NCBI GenBank assembly: GCA_965203175.1
Contig: OZ241867.1
Coordinates: 2,240,001-2,304,000, forward strand
Origin: Candidatus Latescibacterota bacterium
GTDB lineage: Bacteria; Latescibacterota; UBA2968; UBA8231
Reading direction: 5' to 3'
Length of the DNA: 64,000 nt
This document shows positions 36,057 to 45,465 of the stretch, piece by piece (position 1 is the stretch's first letter; each line of letters starts with the position of its first letter). A program made the position numbers and the translations under genes. A model generated the notes under the pieces. That model was given only the letters and a program-made list of their open reading frames with translations, searched no databases and was not told the origin of the DNA.

Positions 36057-37525
36057 TATTCCGCTTCCTTTTTGAGTGCCTGTAAGCGCGGGAATTCCTC
36101 GCGCTCCTTGTAAAACGAGTCGAGGGGAAAGCAACCGGAAATCATGCCGTTGCGCGGCGCGGTCGTGCAATCGGAAAACGTGCGGCAGATGACGCGGCGT
36201 TGCATTTGACCCGTTTGCAACACGTCACAGGGCAGGTCGGGATAGGACAGAACCATCCGCCCCAAGCCGATAAAATCTACCATGTCCGCCCGCACGAGGG
36301 CTTGACCCACATGCGGCAGATACTCCTGCAAGTAGGAATAACCCGACCCGACGAATAGGCTGCGCGGAAAGCGCGCCTTGAGCCGGGCGACCATCGCCAC
36401 TTGCCGCGCCACCCCGCACAGCGGGTCTTCCGGCGGCAGGTATCCATCGGAAGGGGGAAAGAGCGCCGGCCGCTGGATGTGCGGATTGTAATAAGGGCTG
36501 CCGCAGGACAAGTTAATCAGGTCCACGCCTAGGCTCTCCAACAAGGCGATGAACTGCTCGGCCTCACCTAAGTCCATTTGCCGAGGGTCGTCTTGGTCAA
36601 TTCCAAAGCCGTACTCGTAGGGCAGGCAGTTTTGGTACGGCTCGGGCACTCCATGCCCCGGCTTGCCGTTAATACTCGCGTCTGGGTCGGGCCGGAAGGG
36701 CACGAAGTCGAAGGCACTCAGCCGCACGCCAATGCCGAGCCCGGGTGCTCGGTTGCGGATCCCCTCGATGATGGAGCGGACAAAGCGCGTGCGATTGGCA
36801 AAGGAGCCGCCAAAGGGGCCGGGCCGCGTAAACGCGCTGAGGAATTCGTGCCCTAGGTAGCCGTGGCAATGCTTGATGTCCACGAAGTGATAACCCAGTT
36901 CATGGGCGATTTGCGCACCGATGACATAGCGGTTGATCAACTCTTCGATATAGGCGTCCGTCAAGAGCGGATAGTCTGCATCGAGGCCGAATTTGCGGTC
37001 CAAGATCGGGTGGTGATAGAGAATGGCCGGCGCGGATTGGTCCTTGCGCCAGGGACGGCAAAACCGCCCCGAATGCGTCAGTTGCAATCCGAGGAGCAGG
37101 TCGTCGGTGGTGCCGAACCGCTCGTCGTGCGCCGACAGGAGGATGTCGCGCAGTTCGGCCATGCCGGTGCGGTTTTCCTCTCGCGCCATGAGCTGGTTCG
37201 GGTTGGCACGGCCCTCGGGCACCACGGCAAATGCCTCTCCACCCCAGATGAGCTTGGCCCCGCTGCGCCCGAAATTTAGCCAGCGCCGACGCGTCAAATC
37301 GCCCGGCTGGCCATCTTCAGTCCCATCCCACCCTTCCATAGGCTGAATGGCAAAGCGATTGCCGATGCGATTGCCGCCGCTGTGGGCCGCTTGGGCCAGC
37401 GGGGAAGTGGGAGCGGTTTCGATTCGGTCGTCGCAGGGCAATTCCGCGCCCAAATGGGCCAGATGGGCGCGGAAGTCCGCGGCCTGCTTAAAGCTGGAGA
37501 TGCGCGGATAGCGCGTCTTGGCCAT
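36056..37525 (-). CDS. NADH:flavin oxidoreductase (Old Yellow Enzyme family)
   Basis: NRFAIQPMEG, LQLTHSGR, DIKHCHGYL, GGSFANRTRF. Confidence 0.9.
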   Translation of the reverse strand: MAKTRYPRISSFKQAADFRAHLAHLGAELPCDDRIETAPTSPLAQAAHSGGNRIGNRFAIQPMEGWDGTEDGQPGDLTRRRWLNFGRSGAKLIWGGEAFAVVPEGRANPNQLMAREENRTGMAELRDILLSAHDERFGTTDDLLLGLQLTHSGRFCRPWRKDQSAPAILYHHPILDRKFGLDADYPLLTDAYIEELINRYVIGAQIAHELGYHFVDIKHCHGYLGHEFLSAFTRPGPFGGSFANRTRFVRSIIEGIRNRAPGLGIGVRLSAFDFVPFRPDPDASINGKPGHGVPEPYQNCLPYEYGFGIDQDDPRQMDLGEAEQFIALLESLGVDLINLSCGSPYYNPHIQRPALFPPSDGYLPPEDPLCGVARQVAMVARLKARFPRSLFVGSGYSYLQEYLPHVGQALVRADMVDFIGLGRMVLSYPDLPCDVLQTGQMQRRVICRTFSDCTTAPRNGMISGCFPLDSFYKEREEFPRLQALKKEAE

Positions 37526-38280
37526 TAAGGGGCCTCCCGCCAGCGTTGCAGATACAGCATCAGCCCCAAGCCAAAGACGATCATGGCGATGCTGAGAAAC
37601 TGGGCTTGGCTTAAGCCCCACAATACGCGCGGATTGAGCCGAATGAACTCCACTAAGAATCGCGCCAGCCCGGCGAGGATGAGATAGAAGCTAAACGACA
37701 GGCCCGGGGGCTTGAAGCGGGTGCGCATTTTCCACAGGAAGGCCGCAATTCCCAAGTGGGAGAGGGTTTCGTACACTGGCGCGGGATGGACCTTTTCGGT
37801 GGTCGGCACCACCCCGTCGGGATAGGCCATGCCCCAGGGAAGATCCGTCGGCACCCCGTAGTCGCCATCGCCGGCGAGTTGGCAGCCGATCCGCCCGACC
37901 CCGTAGCCCACGGCAAGGGCAATGCCCACCGCGTCGGCGACGTGGCCCAGCGGCGCATTGTGGCGGCGAATTTGCCACAGCACGCCGCCAGCGGCGACGA
38001 CAAACCCCCCGTACCAAGTCAAGCCGTAGCCGGAAAACAGCAGGTCGAACACCTCGTCCCAAGTCTCAGGCGACGTTTCAAATAGCACGAAGTAGAGCTT
38101 GGCCCCGACTATCCCGCCAACCATACAGGTGGTGACAATCGTCGAGCCCAGATCTTTGTGCAGCCCTTGGCGCTCGAATTCGCGGTTGAGCACGTACAGG
38201 GCCGCTAGGAAACCGAGGGCGACCATGAGGCCAAACGTGCCGACGTTAATGGGGCCGATCTCAAATAGGTAGGGGTACAT
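37525..38280 (-). CDS. lgt: Prolipoprotein diacylglyceryl transferase
   Basis: GLTWYGG, GRIGCQLAGDGDYG, HPAPVYE, RFLVEFIR. Confidence 0.92.
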   Translation of the reverse strand: MYPYLFEIGPINVGTFGLMVALGFLAALYVLNREFERQGLHKDLGSTIVTTCMVGGIVGAKLYFVLFETSPETWDEVFDLLFSGYGLTWYGGFVVAAGGVLWQIRRHNAPLGHVADAVGIALAVGYGVGRIGCQLAGDGDYGVPTDLPWGMAYPDGVVPTTEKVHPAPVYETLSHLGIAAFLWKMRTRFKPPGLSFSFYLILAGLARFLVEFIRLNPRVLWGLSQAQFLSIAMIVFGLGLMLYLQRWREAP

Positions 38281-38282
38281 AA

Positions 38283-41200
38283 TCAGATATTTTTGCGGCC
38301 TAGAGCCTCGATCTGCCGCTTAAGAGCCGCGGCGATCTCGTAGTAGATCTCATAGGGACTCAACGCTGCGGCGGATTCCTTAAAAGAGGTGGTTTCTAAA
38401 GGAGGGCCAAAGAGCAGGCGCAAGGGGTGACGCGATGGCGTGCGCGTCCCCTTGGGCAAGGCCTCGTGGGTGCCGGCAATGTGCAGGGGCACTATGGGTG
38501 CATCTAGCTCATAGGCCAAAAGCCCTACGCCCGCCTTAAACGGCTGTAGCTGGCCATTGACTGAGCGCGTGCCTTCGGGAAAGACCAGCAGCGGGCAGCG
38601 CATCCCCACCAATTGTCTCGCCCGCACTAAGCCGGCGGCGAAGTTGTCGTGGCCGTCGAAGGGGATGGCATTGACAAAGGTGGACAAAAACCAGTGCAGC
38701 TCGGAGTCGGTAAGGTAATGCTCGCTGGTTGCGATATTGAGGTGATCGACATGGGAGTGCACGGCCGCGTACACGCAGGTACCGTCGAGGTGGCTGGCGT
38801 GATTGGCGGCAATCAGGTAGGGCCGATCTTGGGGCAAGTGCTCTAGGCCGCCAGCCCGGAAATCGAAAAAGCGGCGGAACAAAGGGCCGCCGGTCTCCCA
38901 CAGGAATTCTTGCAGCATATTTTTGCCAGCCTCGCTCTCTGGCTCGGCACTTGGCTCGGCGTGCAAGATGCTCGACCAGTACGCGGGCGATTGCTCCACC
39001 TCCCAGTCCACCCCGTCTTGCAAGTGAGCCTCCAGCCGCGCCAAGACGCTGCGGAGCGTGTCCTGTGGCTGCAAAAGTCCATCGACTTGGGTCCCCAGCC
39101 GCTGGCCGAGCCACGCGGCGAACTCCACTGCCATCAGCGAATCCAACAAGGTGTCGAGTGGTGCATCTATGTGAGCCGCTACCTCCTCGGTACTCAGCCC
39201 CGCAAGTAGGCCGATTTGGCGCTGGATCGCCCGCTCCCATTCCGGCAGAGCCGTACCCGGGCAGTCTTCGCGCTCGATGGCAGACGCTAAGGCACGGCGG
39301 TCCACGGTGCCGTCGTCCAGCCGCGGCAGCGGTCGGGTCCAAAAGTGCAGGCGCTGGATCCGGTGATGGCTGGGCAAGGTGTGCGAAATCTCGTACGAGC
39401 GCACTTGGATGGCCTCGCGCAAGTCCTTGGTCTGCTCGTCTTCGCGGTTGAGCACGGCCACGCCGTGCACTTCTTCGCCCCCAGTGCGAGCCGAAGGCAC
39501 GCCGACCACGCTCAGCTCAGCCACGTGCGGCAAGCCTTGGTAGAGCGATTCGACTTCGCGGGGATAGACGTTGTGGCCGGCCCCGTTGACAATCAGGTCT
39601 TTGCTCCGCCCCTCGACAAAGAGATAGCTGTCGTCGTCGAGACGGCCGAGGTCTCCGGTGTGTAGCCACTCGTCGCGCAACACCGCTTGGGTCAGTTCCT
39701 CTTGGGAGAAGTACCCCTCCATGACGTTGATACCTCGCACCAAGACTTCGCCGACGCCGCGCTCGTCCGGCTCAGCGATCTGCACTTGCTGTCCGGGCAG
39801 CACCTGCCCCACCGACTGGGTTTTGCGCTGCATGGGTGTGTTGACGGCCACGACGGAGGCCGCTTCGCTCAGGCCATAGCCTTGGCAAATCGCCACGCCG
39901 AGACGCTCATAGGCGCTGATGAGGTCGTCGGACAGGGCCGCGCCGACGCTGACGACTCGCCTCAGAGCGGCTAGCCCAGCCGTGGCCTCGGCCCCGAGGC
40001 GCTCGACGCGATCGGCCAAGACGCGCAACAGGCGCGGCGCGGTCAACAGTACAGTCGCATTCGTATCGCGCAGAGCGCGGAGCATCTCGCGACTGTTGAC
40101 GGATTCTAAATACGTGATGGTGGCCCCGCCGAGCAGCGGCAGCAGCAAGCCCCCGGTACATTCGAGGACTTGGTGCAGCGGCAGGGTCGAGAGCATGCGG
40201 TCGGATTCGTAGATGCGCAGCACCTCGCCTTGGGCGAGGACGTTGGAGATGAGGTTGCGATGGCTCAACACCACGCCGCGCGGCTCGAGGACTGAGGTAA
40301 AGATGATCGACGCTGTGGAGTCTGGATTGACTCTCGGTCGCTTCCAACGGCCTTTTTTGGCGGACGCGTCTGGCTCGGGAGCGTGCCCGAACGGCAGACC
40401 GTCGCGATCTACATTGAAAAAGGCCATTTCCTTGTGGGCTGCCACGCCCTCGGGCGAGAGTTGGGAAAAGCGCTTTTCCGCGGCAATCAGCGCCCGCGCT
40501 TGGACGAAGTCGCACAGCCTCCAAATGTCTTCGTCGCGCATCTGCGGGCCGATGGGCACGACGGCTAGCCCAAGCAGGTTGGCCGCCATATAGGCGACGA
40601 CCCACTCCGGCCCGTTGTCCCCACACAATAGGACCCGCGTCCCCGCCGACAAGCCCTGTGCTTGCCAACGGCGCGCCACGCGCTCGGCGTGGGTGAGCAA
40701 CTCGTCGTAGCTGATCCGCGTCCAGCCGGATTGGCGCTCGATTTGCAAGGCCGTCTTGGCAGCGTAGCGGCCGCAGGCCCAGCGCAACAGATCCGGGATT
40801 GTGCGGATGCTTTCCTCGATGCGCCAACGCTGCTCCTCGCCCCCCACTTCGCTCGGTGCCGCGCTCAACGGCTCTTGGTCGTCGTCGGACCCGCCTAGTT
40901 CGTGGCGCCGGAGGCCGGGTAGGTGGGTCTTTTGATAGTATTGATACCAGTCAATCCGCCGCACGTCCATGTTGAAGATCCGCTGCTCTTCGGGGGGCAG
41001 CGACTCGTAAAGGGCCAACATGCGCTTGGCTTCATAGCGGCAGTCGAGGGTCGTGTACGGGCTGAATAGGTCGATGAAGTACTGGACGCGCTTGAGTCGC
41101 GTCTTGAGTGCGGCCAAACGGCGCTTCTTCTGGGGCGGTGCCCAGCGCTCGGGTAGGCACTCGTAGAGCTTTTGCTTTATTTCCAGAGGATAGAGGTACT

Positions 41201-42503
41201 TCCAGTTGAAGACGCGCTGGAAGCGGGCTACCGTCGGGAAGGTCCAATCCACTAGCTCGGGCCGTGAGCCGTCTTTGTTGAGGAAGGGATGTTCCTCAAA
41301 GTAGCCCTTGACGTATTTGAACATCCGAGTGTTGGGCAGTGGGTTTTCTCCGCTGGTTGCCGCGTGGAAGACCTCCACTGAGGAGGTCGTAGCCTGCGTG
41401 GCCGCGGCCAGCACGGTATTGACGACGATGTCCACAGGCACCAAGTCCATGGGCGCGCCCTCTGCGGCCGGGAAGTCCGGGACGATCCCCCGCCCGTAGG
41501 CCACTATCAGTGGATCGGTTACTTTGAGCCCGTGGATCCAGCCTGGATGCGGGTCTTCAAGCGCGCCTTCGGTGACGCTGGGTCGTACAATGGCCAGCGG
41601 TACTTGGCCGCGGTTTTTGACGAGCAATTGTTCGCCCATGGCCTTGGTAAAAGTGTACACGTCATTCCAGCCGTGCTGCCGCGCTCGCCGCATCCCCTCC
41701 TCGACTAGCTCGCGCTCAATCCAGCGGCGACAGCGGTCGTCAATCAGTTTTTGCAAGCGGCTGTCCGAGAGGGTGCGACGGTGGCTCTGCTCGACGATCT
41801 CGCGGCGGAACGCACGCTGTTGCTCGTCGCTTTGCGCTTGGTCGCGGATTGCACGGCAGCGGGCTTGCGCTTGGGCGATTTCTTCTTCGGGGACGAAAGG
41901 TTGTAGCGGTGCGCTGTCGTCGATTAGGTGCTGAATCGTTCGGTCAATCGAAAGCGTTCGCTCGGGGACGGCACCGGTGAGGCGACCGTTAACGTACGCG
42001 GTTGATACGTGTACTAAGACGGGATTTTTGCGGCCTTCGCGGGCCAGCCGCAACAGCTCTTGAGGTGCCAAGGTGTTGAATTGGATCGCCGAGTCGAGCG
42101 GCTCGTCGAAGGTGACGCTGGCCGCGTTGCCGATGATGAGGTCAACTTCCGCGAGCAGTTCGTCGCGGGATGCTTCGTCTAGCCCGAGGCCCGGCTGCCG
42201 CATGTCGCAGGCAAGGGCGCGCACCTTCTGTCGCGCCGCGGCAAAGGCGGCTGGCTCCTCTTGGCGAAAGCGGTCGAAGACGACGAGCTTGAAGAGTTCG
42301 TCTAGCCGCTCCTCTACCGGCAGCGCGGCCCCACCAGGTCCCCGACCGGGGCGCAACACGAGGTACAAGCGCCGCACGCCGGGCAAATAGCGCAGGATCT
42401 TGGCCGTCAGTCCCTGCCCGTAAAACCCGGTGCCGCCGGTCAGCAACACGGTGCGGTCCTGATAGAATTCTCTGATCATAGCGGAAATGGACGAAAGCCC
42501 CAT
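38283..42503 (-). CDS. Multidomain fatty acyl reductase - acyl-CoA synthetase - ACP - acyltransferase (ElbD-like)
   Basis: TGGTGFYG, HVSTAYV, YTFTK (FAR); GYGLSE, WLHTGDLG, GRSKDLI (AMP-binding); LDSL (ACP); NHASHLD, FPEGTRS (PlsC). Confidence 0.88.
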   Translation of the reverse strand: MGLSSISAMIREFYQDRTVLLTGGTGFYGQGLTAKILRYLPGVRRLYLVLRPGRGPGGAALPVEERLDELFKLVVFDRFRQEEPAAFAAARQKVRALACDMRQPGLGLDEASRDELLAEVDLIIGNAASVTFDEPLDSAIQFNTLAPQELLRLAREGRKNPVLVHVSTAYVNGRLTGAVPERTLSIDRTIQHLIDDSAPLQPFVPEEEIAQAQARCRAIRDQAQSDEQQRAFRREIVEQSHRRTLSDSRLQKLIDDRCRRWIERELVEEGMRRARQHGWNDVYTFTKAMGEQLLVKNRGQVPLAIVRPSVTEGALEDPHPGWIHGLKVTDPLIVAYGRGIVPDFPAAEGAPMDLVPVDIVVNTVLAAATQATTSSVEVFHAATSGENPLPNTRMFKYVKGYFEEHPFLNKDGSRPELVDWTFPTVARFQRVFNWKYLYPLEIKQKLYECLPERWAPPQKKRRLAALKTRLKRVQYFIDLFSPYTTLDCRYEAKRMLALYESLPPEEQRIFNMDVRRIDWYQYYQKTHLPGLRRHELGGSDDDQEPLSAAPSEVGGEEQRWRIEESIRTIPDLLRWACGRYAAKTALQIERQSGWTRISYDELLTHAERVARRWQAQGLSAGTRVLLCGDNGPEWVVAYMAANLLGLAVVPIGPQMRDEDIWRLCDFVQARALIAAEKRFSQLSPEGVAAHKEMAFFNVDRDGLPFGHAPEPDASAKKGRWKRPRVNPDSTASIIFTSVLEPRGVVLSHRNLISNVLAQGEVLRIYESDRMLSTLPLHQVLECTGGLLLPLLGGATITYLESVNSREMLRALRDTNATVLLTAPRLLRVLADRVERLGAEATAGLAALRRVVSVGAALSDDLISAYERLGVAICQGYGLSEAASVVAVNTPMQRKTQSVGQVLPGQQVQIAEPDERGVGEVLVRGINVMEGYFSQEELTQAVLRDEWLHTGDLGRLDDDSYLFVEGRSKDLIVNGAGHNVYPREVESLYQGLPHVAELSVVGVPSARTGGEEVHGVAVLNREDEQTKDLREAIQVRSYEISHTLPSHHRIQRLHFWTRPLPRLDDGTVDRRALASAIEREDCPGTALPEWERAIQRQIGLLAGLSTEEVAAHIDAPLDTLLDSLMAVEFAAWLGQRLGTQVDGLLQPQDTLRSVLARLEAHLQDGVDWEVEQSPAYWSSILHAEPSAEPESEAGKNMLQEFLWETGGPLFRRFFDFRAGGLEHLPQDRPYLIAANHASHLDGTCVYAAVHSHVDHLNIATSEHYLTDSELHWFLSTFVNAIPFDGHDNFAAGLVRARQLVGMRCPLLVFPEGTRSVNGQLQPFKAGVGLLAYELDAPIVPLHIAGTHEALPKGTRTPSRHPLRLLFGPPLETTSFKESAAALSPYEIYYEIAAALKRQIEALGRKNI

Positions 42504-42568
42504 CCCGTGTCAGGACAGGGCGCAAAACGCTGTAATATAGAAGGCAGGAAGCCCTCCCACAAGGAGGC

Positions 42569-42715
42569 TCACTGCTTTGGACGCTTGGGCTCGCGGCCCT
42601 TGCCGCCGCGCCGATTCCGGTCTAGCCCTTGCTTGGTGATATAGGGGTGCTCGACCTGTTTTTCCAGTTCGCGACGCTGGTCGGTCCAATCGATGTCTCG
42701 TTTTCGCTTGGCCAT
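42569..42715 (-). CDS. Small basic hypothetical protein (48 aa)
   Basis: MAKRKRDIDWTDQRRELEKQVEHPYITKQGLDRNRRGGKGREPKRPKQ; fills the intergenic gap; not in the ORF track. Confidence 0.45.
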   Translation of the reverse strand: MAKRKRDIDWTDQRRELEKQVEHPYITKQGLDRNRRGGKGREPKRPKQ

Positions 42716-42781
42716 ATTTTGATATTATCTTTCTACTAAAGTTAATCTACGCGCAGGGTCGCTGACGGGACAGCCCAAGCT

Positions 42782-43687
42782 ATGGCCAAACACTGGGTTT
42801 TAATAGCCAATCCAACGGCGGGCAACGCCCGGGCCCGCAGCGTCGCTGAGCAAGCCGCCTTGGTGCTGCAAGCCGCCGGGCAAGCAGTCGAATTGCGCTA
42901 TACGCGGGCCCAAGGCCACGGAGCCGAGCTGGCACAGCAGGCCGTGGCCGAGGGCGCGGCGCGGCTCGTGGTCTGCGGCGGCGACGGGACCATCAGTGAG
43001 ACGCTCGCACCTCTCGCGGGTTCGCACACGGCCTTGGGGCTGCTGCCCTGCGGCACGTGCAACGACTTGGCCCGCGCCCTCGCCGTACCGCTCCGAGCGG
43101 AAGCGGCCATCGACAACCTGCTCCGAGGCGAGGTCCGCGCCATAGACTTGGGCCGGGCTGGCGACCGCTTCTTCGCCACGGTCGCCGCCTTTGGTTTTGA
43201 CGCCGAAGTCAACCGTCGCATGGAAAGCGCCCAAGGACCTCTATCCGGGCGGATTCGCTACATTTGGGAAGCATTGCGGCATGTCGTTAGTTACCAGCCG
43301 ACCCGGGTCCGCCTCTGCGGCGATTTCGGGGAGATAGAGCAAGAGGTGCTACAGGTATCTACCGCCAATGCGCGGAACTATGGAGGCGATTTGCGCGTTG
43401 CCCCAGATGCCGACCTCGGCGATGGTCTCTTTGACGTGGTCGTCGTCGATGCGGTGCCGCGGCGGGCGATCCTGTCGCTGATGCTCCGGCTCTTTTGGCA
43501 AGCACACGTCCGCCATCCAGCCGTGCGCATCGAGCGCACGGCCCGCCTAGCGCTGCATACTGACGCGCCGCACCGCGTGTATGCAGACGGCGACTATCTA
43601 GACCAGACGCCGCTCGTGCTGGAAGTTAGCCCGGCGGCTCTGCGGGTGGTGGTGCCGAGTTCTTGCTCTCAGGGGGTGCGTTGTTGA
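42782..43687 (+). CDS. Diacylglycerol/lipid kinase family protein (YegS/DgkB-like)
   Basis: NPTAG, GGDGTI, LPCGTCNDLAR, GFDAEV. Confidence 0.92.
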   Translation: MAKHWVLIANPTAGNARARSVAEQAALVLQAAGQAVELRYTRAQGHGAELAQQAVAEGAARLVVCGGDGTISETLAPLAGSHTALGLLPCGTCNDLARALAVPLRAEAAIDNLLRGEVRAIDLGRAGDRFFATVAAFGFDAEVNRRMESAQGPLSGRIRYIWEALRHVVSYQPTRVRLCGDFGEIEQEVLQVSTANARNYGGDLRVAPDADLGDGLFDVVVVDAVPRRAILSLMLRLFWQAHVRHPAVRIERTARLALHTDAPHRVYADGDYLDQTPLVLEVSPAALRVVVPSSCSQGVRC

Positions 43688-43737
43688 TATTGCCCTAAGA
43701 GGCGGTATTTCAATCACGACTTATTCCACAGCGTCTT

Positions 43738-44715
43738 ATGGCTACCCGAGCACAGCAGATACGCCTGGGCATCTTCTTCTTGGTTTCGCTCGCCGTCCTC
43801 GCGCTGTTCTTCATCGTCGTCGCTGGCAGCCATCTCCTGCGCCAGCGCGATACCTATTACATCGAGTCCAACTCGCCCGTTAGCGGCCTCAATAAAGGCG
43901 CGGACGTCAAGTACTTGGGCTTTAGTATTGGCCGCGTCGAGGACATTGCGATCGCACAGGATAATCTCGCCACCGTGGTAATTGAGATTTCGGTTGAACG
44001 GCGGCTGGCCGAAAATGCTATCCGCACCGATACCCAGGCGCGAATGGCTTCGCTAGGGCTCACCGGCCTGAAGTACATCGAACTTTTCGGGGGCAGCGAC
44101 GACGCCCCAGTTCTTCCCCCAGGGTCCACTATTGTCGCGGGCGATACCTTTTTTAGCAGCATGCAAGAGCGCGCCGAAGTACTCAGTGCCAAGGTTGAAC
44201 AAACCATCGACAACCTAAACGCGCTGCTGAGCAGCGACAACCAGCGCACCTTCAATGAACTGCTGAACAACGCGGGCAATCTGCTGGCTACGGCCAACGC
44301 GCTGGTCGAGGACAACCGCTCTGCATTCGACGAGACCGCGGCCAATATGGTTGCCACCAGTCGCTCGCTCGCCAAAGCCAGCGCGACTTTGGCGACGACG
44401 GCCGATTCCCTGCACGTCTTGCTCGTGGGTGCGAAGTTGCAACAGACGGTTGACGACATGCATGTAACGATGCACAAGTGGCGCGAGCAAATGGACGGCC
44501 CGATTCCCCTGCTCGTCGCGCGGATGGACACCTTGATAAGCCACGTCGATCAGACTTTTGTAGGCATTGACCAGACCGTGGGGGCCAGCCGCCAGAATCT
44601 CCTGCGAGCTATACGAGAACTGGAGGAAACGTTGCAAAACATTCGCGAAACCACCGAACTAGTCCGCGAGAATCCCGCGGTGCTCATCCGAGGTCGCAGT
44701 GGTGAGGCCCAATAG
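43738..44715 (+). CDS. MCE/MlaD family protein
   Basis: N-terminal TM; VSGLNKGADVKYLGFSIGRV; GLTGLKYIEL; helical tail. Confidence 0.92.
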   Translation: MATRAQQIRLGIFFLVSLAVLALFFIVVAGSHLLRQRDTYYIESNSPVSGLNKGADVKYLGFSIGRVEDIAIAQDNLATVVIEISVERRLAENAIRTDTQARMASLGLTGLKYIELFGGSDDAPVLPPGSTIVAGDTFFSSMQERAEVLSAKVEQTIDNLNALLSSDNQRTFNELLNNAGNLLATANALVEDNRSAFDETAANMVATSRSLAKASATLATTADSLHVLLVGAKLQQTVDDMHVTMHKWREQMDGPIPLLVARMDTLISHVDQTFVGIDQTVGASRQNLLRAIRELEETLQNIRETTELVRENPAVLIRGRSGEAQ

Positions 44716-45457
44716 CCAAGTGCTCCGCTGCGGCCAAGCCTTCGTCTTGGCCGCAGTTCTATCCGGCTGCGCCCAGTTGCTAGGCGGCGACACCAAGTTG
44801 CCGCAGCGGCGCTATTTTAAGCTGCATATCGAACCCTTGCGCGGTAGCGTGGAAGATTCCGAGCGCCCGTACCCTTTCCGATTACAGGTCAAAGGCTTTG
44901 AGATGCCCCGAGCGTATGACCGCACCAATATCATCCTCCGCCGCGACCAGTACGAACTGCGGCGCGACAACCTCCACTACTGGATGGAGCGTCCCAGCGA
45001 CATGATTACCGATGCGGTCAAGCAATACTTGCGCCAAGCCGACCTCTTTACCTATGTCGGCGGGGATCGCGATTTTTTTGAACACCGCCCGGATTACGTG
45101 CTCAGCGGCTCTGTCAAAGCCATCGAGCGATTCGACAGCGGCGACCTGTGGGCAGCCCATCTCGTCATGACGATGGAATTGGTAAGGCAGGACGATGGCA
45201 AAGTTATATGGCAGGACGATTTCGACGAGGAGAGGCAGGTGTTTTCCCCGGCCATGATCCACACGGTGGCTGCGTTGAGCGGGATTTTGGGCCAGCGGAT
45301 GCAGAAGGTGATCGGGGAGATCGACTTCAAGTTCAGCAACAAGCAGCGGCCCGCGCCCATCGCGTCCAACGGGGAAACCGCACCGGCGGTCCGAGATACA
45401 GTGCTGCAAAACGAAGCTGATCACTACGAACTCATACCGGGAAAGCTAGCCCCCTAG
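44699..45457 (+). CDS. ABC-type transport auxiliary lipoprotein (PqiC-like)
   Basis: Lipobox VLSGC; YD..NIILR...YWMERPSDM; MCE operon context. Confidence 0.8.
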   Translation: MVRPNSQVLRCGQAFVLAAVLSGCAQLLGGDTKLPQRRYFKLHIEPLRGSVEDSERPYPFRLQVKGFEMPRAYDRTNIILRRDQYELRRDNLHYWMERPSDMITDAVKQYLRQADLFTYVGGDRDFFEHRPDYVLSGSVKAIERFDSGDLWAAHLVMTMELVRQDDGKVIWQDDFDEERQVFSPAMIHTVAALSGILGQRMQKVIGEIDFKFSNKQRPAPIASNGETAPAVRDTVLQNEADHYELIPGKLAP

Positions 45458-45465
45458 GACTTGGT

